From positions 111,169,846 to 111,189,273 of the forward strand of contig JANKJI020000004.1 of NCBI GenBank assembly GCA_024626585.2: a stretch of 19,428 nucleotides of DNA. Reading direction: 5' to 3'. The position numbers and the translations under genes were made by a program. Of the stretch, positions 10,444-19,428 are shown one piece after another; the first letter of the stretch is position 1, and every line of letters starts with the position of its first letter. This stretch comes from Ginkgo biloba. Taxonomy: Eukaryota; Plantae; Ginkgophyta. Under the pieces are notes generated by a model. The model saw nothing but the letters and a program-made list of their open reading frames with translations, was not told the DNA's origin and searched no databases.

Positions 10444-11000
10444 CGAGTATGTATCTAATGGATGTCCTTAAAATATATCCAGAATAGAGGGAGGATTTTC
10501 TAACTATGTTATCAATTTTGATTCTTGATCTAAGATATGATGTCTTCACATTCAATCCTGTTAAATTCCCAACTCCATAATAATAAAAGGCCAATTTGGC
10601 CTCTCCATTTTTTATCCAAGTTAAAATCAATGAGTTCACTATCCAGACGTGTATCCTTGATCTATGATCTTTCATTAACATTATGTCTATATCATTATTT
10701 TAAAAATTTGGTATTGGTGACCTTTAACCTATAACCTAGGTTTGTCAAGGGTACAACAAGTCATGAAAAAATCTATTGGTCCAAATCTCCCTCCCTATCA
10801 CACTAAATGATAATACTATTACTATCAAAGTAGTAGTATTTAACTAATAATTGGATTACAATATTCTCTTTAGGAGAACTTAGACCAATGAAATGGAATT
10901 TGTCATTTCCTCTTTATTTAGAGAGATATAATTCTTTCATATAGGTTATCTTCATGGTGTTAATCAAGTTTATAAATTTTGTAATCAACTTTATTTATCT
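10444..11000 (+). pseudogene. Retropepsin-like aspartic protease of the Tat/Ogre-like element
   Basis: One frame reads MYLMDVLKIYPE*RE...PFFIQVKINEFTIQTCILDL*SFINIMS...ISLPITL...LDYNILFRRT*TNEMEFVISSLFREI*FFH. This matches LID.GS..N.M and YN.LLGRPW...M.AV.S.L...LKF. Confidence 0.85.
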
Positions 11001-11113
11001 ACGACGATACCCTTGGTCAATATCACCTCCAATGAGGATGTTAAAAATTATGATATAAACGTGGTGGTCATTAACCGTGCAGTCAATGGGGACTCTAAAT
11101 CCATTGTCGTCTT

Positions 11114-11740
11114 ATGAAGATGTCCTTTTTTTAGGGAATGTGAGAGGCCTCTCTATTCTTTAGAGAAAAGGTCTACTTGGATACTTTCTATTATCACTAG
11201 TTGGAGTGTTGGATTTTCTTACTTTGCAGGAAGTCAAAGTATAGGGGTTTAGGATTTGGAGAGAAATTCAAAGTGTGTGGGGGTCTACTAACTATTTTAC
11301 TACAAATCATGAAGAGGGAAATGGTGTCTTTGCTCCATGTTTTCTAAGCTAGATCCAACAAAACACAATAGAACAAGGAATATGCCCTTATAACTATATG
11401 GTTTGGATCACTTTTGCAATCAATTCTATTAGACTTGGAGTGGCTAGTGTTTATGCACCCAATAATATTCAAGAGGGAATTCAATTGTTGGATTGGATCG
11501 GCGCTTTTCTTAATGCTTCTTGGCTGGTATTAGGTGATTTCGATATGTTTAGAATTGTTAAGACAAAGTATAAGGTGTGGTTGATGCTTTATCAGAGGTA
11601 GAATTAACTACCTTGCTAAGATATAAAATTACCCTCAGCCTTGTTGAGTTAACTCCAAGGAGTAGGGATATATAATGGCTTACATGGTCTAATTGTAGAT
11701 AGGGTGCTGGAAAATGTTGGGCTATACCTAACAAATGCTA
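11114..11740 (+). pseudogene. LINE ORF2 APE-type endonuclease domain
   Basis: ATG at 11114, then NVRGL, LTLQEVK, ASVYAPNN, WLVLGDFDM and TWSNCR*G. These correspond to the canonical WNVRGL, LQE.K, VYAPN, GDFN and TWSN motifs. Confidence 0.93.
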
Positions 11741-12609
11741 ATACATTAAATTTGGATATTTTGAGTTTTCATTTGGTTATGTTACTATTCATATCGATAT
11801 TGTGCTTTTATATNNNNNNNNNNNNNNNNNNNNNNNNNNNNNNNNNNNNNNNNNNNNNNNNNNNNNNNNNNNNNNNNNNNNNNNNNNNNNNNNNNNNNNN
11901 NNNNNNNNNNNNNNNNNNNNNNNNNNNNNNNNNNNNNNNNNNNNNNNNNNNNNNNNNNNNNNNNNNNNNNNNNNNNNNNNNNNNNNNNNNNNNNNNNNNN
12001 NNNNNNNNNNNNNNNNNNNNNNNNNNNNNNNNNNNNNNNNNNNNNNNNNNNNNNNNNNNNNNNNNNNNNNNNNNNNNNNNNNNNNNNNNNNNNNNNNNNN
12101 NNNNNNNNNNNNNNNNNNNNNNNNNNNNNNNNNNNNNNNNNNNNNNNNNNNNNNNNNNNNNNNNNNNNNNNNNNNNNNNNNNNNNNNNNNNNNNNNNNNN
12201 NNNNNNNNNNNNNNNNNNNNNNNNNNNNNNNNNNNNNNNNNNNNNNNNNNNNNNNNNNNNNNNNNNNNNNNNNNNNNNNNNNNNNNNNNNNNNNNNNNNN
12301 NNNNNNNNNNNNNNNNNNNNNNNNNNNNNNNNNNNNNNNNNNNNNNNNNNNNNNNNNNNNNNNNNNNNNNNNNNNNNNNNNNNNNNNNNNNNNNNNNNNN
12401 NNNNNNNNNNNNNNNNNNNNNNNNNNNNNNNNNNNNNNNNNNNNNNNNNNNNNNNNNNNNNNNNNNNNNNNNNNNNNNNNNNNNNNNNNNNNNNNNNNNN
12501 NNNNNAAAAGGTCATGTTTAGGCTATGGTAGAGGAAACATCACCAGTAGGAAATGAGTTGCGAGTAGAATAGAAGATGTGTTAGGACATCATTAGGGAAG
12601 ATCTATTTA

Positions 12610-12970
12610 TGATGTGTGTCGAAGCGATATGTTTTGTTAAATTAGTTTCTCATATCAATAATAGAATTATCAAACTCATTCTCAAGCAAAGTAGTGACTA
12701 TGAATTAATAGGTGGGTGGCTTCCAATTACCCTCTTGAATGTTTGTTATAATGTTTTAGATAAGATTTTGGCTCTTCATATCCATCATGCCTTAAAGAAT
12801 ATTGTCAAGAGTGAGTAGTCTAGATTTATTGAAGGCTAATTTATCTTAGATAACATCTTAGCTATTAGTGAGGGAATGGAGTGGGCTAGAGTGTCTGGGC
12901 AACTAGGTATGTTTCTTAAGATTAATTTTGAAAAGGCCTATGACAAAGTGCATTGGGATTGCATTAAGAT
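12610..12970 (+). pseudogene. LINE ORF2 reverse transcriptase, N-terminal part only
   Basis: IIKLILK...GGWLPITLLNVCYNVLDKILA...E*SRFIEG*FILDNILAISEGMEWARVSGQLGMFLKINFEKAYDKVHW matches I.LIPK, WRPI.LLN..YKI.AK, Q.GF..GR.I.DN and KIDFEKAYD..W. Confidence 0.95.
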
Positions 12971-13059
12971 CTCACTATTTGTCCTAAACCATATGTAGAC
13001 TTGGCGAGAACATGTAACCATATTTGGAGACAAATGGATCCTCTATAAGGTTGGATTAC

Positions 13060-13400
13060 TGTATGCCAGTTGATTTCAACTCAGAATGAAACAAAGGAAA
13101 AACTTTTTTTCTGTCAATTAATCTTGAATGGCCTCCCTATTGGGGGAAGGTTGTAAAAACTTAGTATTCAGTCTAGATGTCCTTTCTATCAAGGGGATTC
13201 CTAAATACATCTCTTTTGGAGTTGCCCTTGAATTCATCCTTTATGTTCTTAGTTAGAAAGATTAATTTATTTCCATTTATGCCTCTTGGGAGATCTATAT
13301 AGTTTCGATGTTGGATTTCACTCCATGTATCACATTATCTAGGTTGAACTTTTATGCAGTATATGGAAAGTTAGACATGATGTTGTATATGGAAAGTTAA
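13060..13400 (+). pseudogene. LINE ORF2 C-terminal zf-RVT/CCHC region
   Basis: FCQLILNGLPIGGRL*K...RCPFYQGDS*IHLFWSCP (~LP...RL....CP.C....E...HLFW.CP) and ELLCSIWKVRHDVVY (~W.IW..RN...F). Confidence 0.85.
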
Positions 13401-14619
13401 ATCTTCATGTTTCATCTAATATAATTTTATATTATTTCACTATGCTATGTCCTGCACTTGAATTATAGATGCATGTAAGAATGGATGTACGTGTTAGAAG
13501 TTGATTTATTTAGACACATATTAATCCATATGTAGAAAGACATTGAACTTATCTTATAGAATGGTCCATAAAGGATTTTCTTCCCTGAGGTAGAGGAGGA
13601 AGAGTATAATAGGATGGACAAAACTTAGTAGCAGACAGGAGTCTATTGGTTCCTTAAACTCAAGACTTTTTAGGATAGTTTATTAATAACAAATTCCTTC
13701 TAGTATAAGATATCACCTTATCCCACCCCAAGTATATCATTCGGGCATACATGAATCCTCCTTGTTGGGAGCTATATGCTTAGATATTTGCTAATGGAAG
13801 TTAGCACAGTGTTTGATTTTATGGTTGTGGGTTGGTTATTTATGGAAGGAATTTTGGGATAACAACTAGGTCATTCTAGTATATTTGTATGAACTGATCT
13901 ATATGTTGTAATTTTTGGAGGTTGGTTAGGGGAGTCTTTGTATCTGATTTTTGTGCATCTACCATAATTATGTACTCTAGATTTCTTTTTAGGTATCTAC
14001 TNNNNNNNNNNNNNNNNNNNNNNNNNNNNNNNNNNNNNNNNNNNNNNNNNNNNNNNNNNNNNNNNNNNNNNNNNNNNNNNNNNNNNNNNNNNNNNNNNNN
14101 NTCTAATTCTTAAGAAGCACTAGATATAATCATGGTTCTATAATAAGAGTTAAGACAATTCCCTTAAGTGGATATTCATAAAGAGATTAAAATATGGATT
14201 AGGTCATTTAATCAATATAAATAATCTATTTATAGTCCCTTCAAGAATTGAATTTTGAATATCCATTAGAAATAGAAATAGTGATAAAATAAAAAATTGA
14301 TTAAGGACATGTTTTATTTTCTTTTAGACTTCTTTGGAATTGATAATGAATTCTACCTTCCAATTTCACTCTCCCTAATAAGGGTATGATGGGAATATGG
14401 ATTAATAGGTGAACAACTCCTTTATAAGGGAAAGCTCATCATATTGGTTTTATTGTTGAGATGTAAGGACCCATTCATCTTAAAGGAGGAAAAAAATCTA
14501 TGAGAATCCAATTAAAGGAAAGGGAAATCAAGATAACAAAGTTTCATTGGAAGGGTTAGAATACATACCCTTAATTTAGAACGAGGAGAAATAAGTTCTT
14601 ATAATATGGGGTCTTTTTC

Positions 14620-15200
14620 TATCAAGTAGAAGGGTGTGAAAGAAGAGAAAGTATAGGAGTATAAATGAAATTACGAAAGCATTGGTGATTATTTGTAAAT
14701 TTCTATTATGTTTTAATAGAAAGTATATCAAAATAAGTAATAAATTTTTTTAAAATTTCCTGTAACCTAAAATGATGCTACAATTCAATGGTTAAAAGGA
14801 ATCTATGAAAAGAATATCACTAGGTGGGAGGAATTAGATACTCCCTCTTTAGAATAATTGTTAACCATTCAATTATGAATAATAACTGAGATAAATTGTT
14901 TTACGGATTTAGTAAGGACTATGAGGAACATTTGAAAAATACATAAAAAGTTTCAATTCCTTACTACAATAATGCCCAAAGCATCAATATTTTGAGCACA
15001 CTTTGAAAAGTGCCTTCCTTGTCAATATGGAGAAAGAAGGTAGGAAATGGTTTGATCTTCAACTAGATCTTTGAATAAGGGATACTTGTTTGAGGTAAGT
15101 TAAATAGATTTTCTTACTATACGATTCAACATATATGAAATGGGATGAAAACAAAATAGTAAGTCATTAATAAAGGAAAATGTTAAGGGAATCACTAGAG
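14620..15200 (+). pseudogene. Retrotransposon gag of the Athila-like element
   Basis: LKFPVT*NDATIQWLKGIYEKNITRWEEL (~FP.TL...A..W...L....IT.WEEL) and FEKYIKSFNSLLQ*CPKH...TLKSAFL (~E....Y.ERF..LL..CPHH). Confidence 0.8.
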
Positions 15201-16385
15201 TAATTTTTTATGATGATTTATTTGAGCTTAAGGAAGAGACTTTATCACTATTAGAGAAACATATTACAACTTCAAAAATATGAAAAATGTAGTGGGATTC
15301 TACCAAACTCATTAAGGAGGATATCTTTATGGATTCAAATATAAAGTTAATGCCATTACTTATTGCCCCATAGAATATGTTTAGTGTTTTTGTTAATAAT
15401 AATCCCAATTTGATCTTCAAATCTATTAGGAAAAAAATATTAGAAGGGGATGAAGGAACAATGTATCCAGCATGCAAGAAATATAGAATTATGTGGGATA
15501 TACTTAGAGAATTACTCTTATTCAACATCTTATCCTCTATAACAAACATACTCTAGGAATATAAGGATACCAACCCATGGGAATAAACCCCTACCAAATA
15601 TGGAAGGAGGATTTCTAATACAATTAGTGATTATTAGCACAAGAGTATTATTATTCTTATTTCCTAGTAATTAGGACATTTCAATTATATTTCTCTTTAT
15701 TCCTTTAATTATTTATGGGAACAACATGTTAATTATAATGGAAAAGGATGCAAGGATAATCAATGCCATACTTTATTAATTATCCATATTACCTCCCATA
15801 TTAATTCTATGTATTATATTATATATAATATGGTATTAAGTTTAGGAATGTGGACTCAAGAAAAACCACTTAGGAAACANNNNNNNNNNNNNNNNNNNNN
15901 NNNNNNNNNNNNNNNNNNNNNNNNNNNNNNNNNNNNNNNNNNNNNNNNNNNNNNNNNNNNNNNNNNNNNNNNNNNNNNNNNNNNNNNNNNNNNNNNNNNN
16001 NNNNNNNNNNNNNNNNNNNNNNNNNNNNNNNNNNTAATAAACTAGTATAAGGAGAAATAAAGAAATAATATTACATCCTAAGGAACCCCTAGACCTAGAA
16101 GTTAAAGATATGGAGAAACCTCTAGGAATTCCCTTTCCATAATGAATGAAGAATCCTAGAAGTATTGGAATTTATCCTAAAAACTACCTTTCACATATTA
16201 AGAGAAGTAGACAACATAATTTTGACAATAACATGAACACAAAATTTAAGGGATTATATAGAATATACTCCATAATTAAATCCACTTTACATAGGAATTC
16301 AATTTATAAAAAAATTCTAAGTTTATAAAATTAGGATCATTGATTTTAATAATCATGAAAGTAAAATAACTAATCACATATGGAT

Positions 16386-16402
16386 AAAAAAAAAAAAAAA
16401 AA
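16386..16402. repeat. A17 homopolymer just upstream of the protease
   Basis: Read directly from the sequence. Confidence 0.9.
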
Positions 16403-16735
16403 TCACAGTTACTATCTAAGTTAATGCCATTTCTAAAATCATAATTTATTTAGGGGATAGAGTCAACATGATAAATTTTAAAATGATGTAAACACTTTCA
16501 TTAGCTAATTTAAAATCAACTCCAATACAAATTAGAATGGTTGATTAGACCTTAGTAAATCTCTAAGATCTCTTAAATAATGTTACTATCATAGTATCCA
16601 ATTAGATTTATTATATGGATTTTATAGTAGTTAAATCCAAAAGTGATATTAATGCTTTCCCATCCATTTTAGATGAACTATAGATGCCTTGGGAAGATGC
16701 AATCATTAAAGAGTATATGGGAAATATGCTCATTT
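16403..16735 (+). pseudogene. Aspartic protease of the Athila-like element
   Basis: IIYLGDRVNMI...LKSTPIQIRMVD*TLVNL*DLLNNV...YYMDFIVV...FPSILDEL*M matches LIDLGA.IN.M...L.PT...L.LADRS...P.G.L.DV...YP.DF.V...P.ILGRPWL. Confidence 0.88.
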
Positions 16736-17179
16736 ATAAATATGGATAAAGATAAATAATTATGCTATTAGAACCAATAAACCTATCCACCACAAATACA
16801 TAATGCATAGAGTTAGATGAAGACTTAGAGGTTGAAGGGTATAAGTGGCTACGTCCCGAGTAGCATCACTTGGAGGTTAAGGAAACCTATATAATTAAAG
16901 TGAGAAATAAATAATCAATATGATTCAAATTATTAGGACTTATTATTAATAAAATTTAAGGGGATTTGAATGGAGATGAAGATGTTTCACTTATTTTTTT
17001 TTTGGAAACTTCTTTTAATTGTTGCTCTTATTTGAATGAATGAATCATTTCTTCTCTCGATATTGTTGTTATAATAAGAGTAAAACCAAAATTCAAGATA
17101 CACATAAGAAGATAACCTTGTCTTAAGAAGTATTGGGTACTAGAGGTAGATGTAAAAAAATTAATAATTACCCTAGGAC

Positions 17180-17644
17180 ATCAATTGTTAATTAGGATAG
17201 ACTACCCAAAAGTTGACTAGGAAAGGATCATCCAATGTTTAGAAAAGTACCAATATATGTTTTCTTAGACTTGCGAATATTTTAAAGGAATTGAACCATA
17301 ATCATATAAACATTACATCATTCTAGAAGAAGGTGATCCACTAATAAGATAGTTTTAAATAGTACTTAACTTGCATATGGCTCAAATTATTAAATATAAA
17401 ATTAATAAACTACTAGACGCTAACATAAATTATCAAGATTTTTATTGTAAATGGGTATCTCCATGAGTTATTATTCTAAATAAAAATTAAATTAGTGAGT
17501 ATGTGTGGACTATTAAGTACTAGATAAGGTAGATAGAATACCATTTACTACTTCCTTTCATAGCATACGACAAAAAGAATGGCTTACTTTTCTCACATTT
17601 TCAGATATCATCAAGATTGACAATTTTAATATTTCATTAGAGTA
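17180..17644 (+). pseudogene. Gypsy reverse transcriptase, N-terminal part
   Basis: Reads FS*TCEYFKGIEP*SYKHYIILEEG, KINKLLDANINY...KWVSP*VII, VCVDY, LPFI, KEWLTFL and FS(G)YHQ (with a frameshift). Confidence 0.9.
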
Positions 17645-18016
17645 TGATGCTAATAGAAGACCTCTTATGTGTGGTGTGGGATCCTGTAGATATGATACGA
17701 GGGAGGCACCAAAGAGATTTTATTCATGATGTTCTTGGTTCGTTGTCAGGGCATCATCTAGCACATAAGGCCCCTTCAATCCTGCTACATTATAAGACCC
17801 CAGAGCAACAGGTGGATCATAAGAGTATAATGACTAACTCTTGGTGTTACTAATCTTCAATTTGTTGAGCATGTTCACATCAACAAGCACAACAAGTTGA
17901 TGCAGATAACAAATGGAAGCAGCACAGCAACTCAGGCTTTAGGCTTATGCATTTTTGTGTCATTATTAATTTCTCCTCCAAGAGTAAACAAGTTACAAGC
18001 TTCAAACTCAGAGTCC
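17645..18016. other. Unidentified insert interrupting the RT, possibly the terminus of a younger LTR element
   Basis: RT similarity stops near 17644. The new sequence begins TGATG, is more GC-rich and keeps about 10 CAG/CTG in about 370 bp, compared with about 2 per kb in the gag region. It runs into a 100-N gap, after which the RT resumes. Confidence 0.6.
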
Positions 18017-18116
18017 NNNNNNNNNNNNNNNNNNNNNNNNNNNNNNNNNNNNNNNNNNNNNNNNNNNNNNNNNNNNNNNNNNNNNNNNNNNNNNNNNNNN
18101 NNNNNNNNNNNNNNNN

Positions 18117-18790
18117 TATTTTTAGTTACTAGAGGGATTATCTTAAAATACTTATTGTTTACAAAAGGATTGAGATTGACCCTACAAAAAATTAAAAGAT
18201 CCTAGTTTTGTCCATCTCAAAGAAGGTAAACTATATCAAGAGCTTTTAGGGACATGTATACTACTATAGGTTATTCATAAATTATTTTAACAATATTATA
18301 GTCTCTATTTTTTCTCTACTTCCTAAGGGAGTTAGAACTCAATCAGATTCTATAATGCTAAGAATATTTTGATATCTTAAGAATTAAGTTGATTCAAGCT
18401 CTTATATTATGAGGTCTTGATTGGTCTCAAACCCTTCATATGCACAAATATGACTCTAACAAATCATTGAGGGAAATTTTAGGTCGATAATATGAGAAGA
18501 AGGACCATGCTAATTCTATTCTACTAATTTTTTTTATCTAACCAAAAGGTGTTACATAATAATAGAATGAGAATTCTTAGTAGTAACATTCTCCCATAAT
18601 AAGTTCCATCAGTACATTTTTGTATATTGGTGCAAGGTATATAATAACTATGTATCCATTAGATATATTGTCAGTAAACCCATAAATAATGCTATAGTTA
18701 TAAGGTAGATCTTTCTACATCAAGAATTTATCCTATCTTTTATGGATAAGCCTAGTGTCCAAAATGTAATGGTTAACCATTTGTTTCATT
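18117..18790 (+). pseudogene. Gypsy RT C-terminal part and RNase H
   Basis: Reads FLVTRGIIL, GIEIDPTKI, KSF*GHVYYYRLFI (~RSFLGH.GYYRRFI), ALIL*GLDWSQTLH (~APIL..PDW..PFH), E*EFLVV...KFHQYI and R*IFLHQEF...DKPSVQNVMVNHL (~RW.LLLQEF...D.PG.EN.VADHLSR). Confidence 0.92.
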
Positions 18791-18859
18791 TGGTTGGGGA
18801 TATAGGTGAAGATAATCCAATAGAGGAAATATTCCCAAATGATAATTGATTTATTTTTT

Positions 18860-19428
18860 AAAACATTACTCTTTAGTTTATAGGCATGGTTAATTTCTTA
18901 AACACTCTCAATATTCTTAGCTACTTCTCTCTTAAAGAGTTAAGCAACTCATTAGTAATAGTTTACATTGTATATGGATTGCTAAAGAGTTATAAAAATT
19001 ATAACTATATGGACTGCTTTAAAAGTTTACAAGAGAAACTATTTTTTAGGATATATTAAAGGATAGTTATATTGAACCTTATATAGGACATTAGGTAGGA
19101 GATCACATAATGGAAATAATATTATAATAAGGATACCAGTGGCCAACACTCTTTTGAGATTCAAAATATTTTTTTGCTTCATGTGATGGATTCCAAATGA
19201 TGGAGAATACAACCATATATTATTCTATGACTTATAATATTATTTCTACGTATGAACCATTTGGGAATTGGGGCATCAAATTTGTAGGACAAGTTTGTTA
19301 AGATTATTTATAAGAAAGAAATAAGCACATTTTTACGCATGCAAATTACATAACCAAGTGAACAAAGGTAAAGGATACTAGAAACATCGATGTATACATT
19401 TTTCTTATATGAATATATTATTACAAAA
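18860..19428 (+). pseudogene. Gypsy integrase: zinc-binding region and start of the core, truncated by the window end
   Basis: EPYIGH*VG...GYQWPTLF*DSKYFFASCDGFQMM...EPFGNWGIKFVG matches GGHF.G...G.YWPTLF.D......CD.CQR.G...E.F..WG.DF.GP. Confidence 0.92.

Larger units (their letters stand above)
7919..11030 (+). mobile_element. Truncated Ty3/gypsy element (Tat/Ogre-like): 5' UTR, gag and protease, with no RT, INT or 3' LTR
   Basis: The gag, knuckle and protease motifs listed below occur in order. The left end is a 100-N gap. The right end joins LINE sequence without a gap somewhere between about 11025 and 11113. Confidence 0.8.
7040..14001 (+). mobile_element. Plant L1-clade LINE, decayed, interrupted by a gypsy fragment and internally deleted
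   Basis: ORF1, endonuclease, RT N-terminal part, zf-RVT and a T/G-rich 3' UTR-like tail occur in canonical order on one strand. The ends are approximate, and no poly(A) or TSD is visible because the 3' end abuts an N gap. Confidence 0.85.
14102..19428 (+). mobile_element. Decayed Ty3/gypsy element, Athila-like, continuing past the window end
   Basis: gag, PR, RT, RNase H and integrase motifs occur in gypsy order (see sub-features). The LTR and PBS are not visible, and the left end is a 100-N gap. Confidence 0.9.

Noticed and set aside
10409-10734. ORFs 10409-10681 (-) and 10537-10734 (+)
   Set aside because: These are shadow frames over the protease relic, whose true frame is interrupted by stops.
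13359-13399. 15-bp direct repeat GTATATGGAAAGTTA x2
   Set aside because: It lies within the LINE IWKVRHDVVYGKL coding motif, has no flanked element and is not interpretable as a TSD.
15208-15549. 113-aa minus-strand ORF
   Set aside because: It is antisense to the decayed gag-PR linker, has low-complexity I/S/F/L composition and shows no motif.
17660-17760. Faint resemblance of NLFGASL...GLLL to an auxin response factor middle-region motif
   Set aside because: Only a few residues match and no B3 or PB1 domain is nearby. Not supportable without a search.
994-18205. Long ORF-track entries containing X runs (e.g. 994-1296, 11704-12531, 11802-12521, 11808-12515, 13922-14113, 15809-16045, 17897-18205)
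   Set aside because: They are open only because N gaps hide stop codons, so they are not evidence of genes.

Overview
AT-rich, gappy eukaryotic (plant) DNA made almost entirely of old, heavily C-to-T-decayed retrotransposon relics. I found no intact protein-coding gene, RNA gene or CRISPR array. From left to right: (1) an unidentified, less-decayed segment (1-960); (2) a minus-strand relic resembling a plant mobile domain (about 1660-2240); (3) a 96-bp palindrome and small repeats (3.2-4.1 kb); (4) the integrase end of a chromovirus-like Ty3/gypsy element (about 4830-6155), possibly with an LTR upstream; (5) a 114-bp tandem duplication; (6) a plant L1 LINE (ORF1 about 7108-7720, ORF2 from 11114, with an internal deletion removing the RT core), split by a truncated Tat/Ogre-like gypsy gag-protease piece (about 7919-11030); (7) an Athila-like gypsy element (gag-PR-RT-RNaseH-INT, 14102 to window end) whose RT is interrupted at about 17645 by a less-decayed insert. 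The element motifs resemble those I associate with gymnosperm or fern genomes (inference). All protein calls come from manual translation through stops and frameshifts and recalled family motifs, so boundaries are approximate. Four exactly-100-N gaps (probably of unknown size) lie at or near element boundaries and limit structural conclusions. I do not see a convincing novel biological system. The best leads are the gag-PR/LINE-ORF2 junction, the PMD-like relic, the palindrome and the CHG-undecayed islands.
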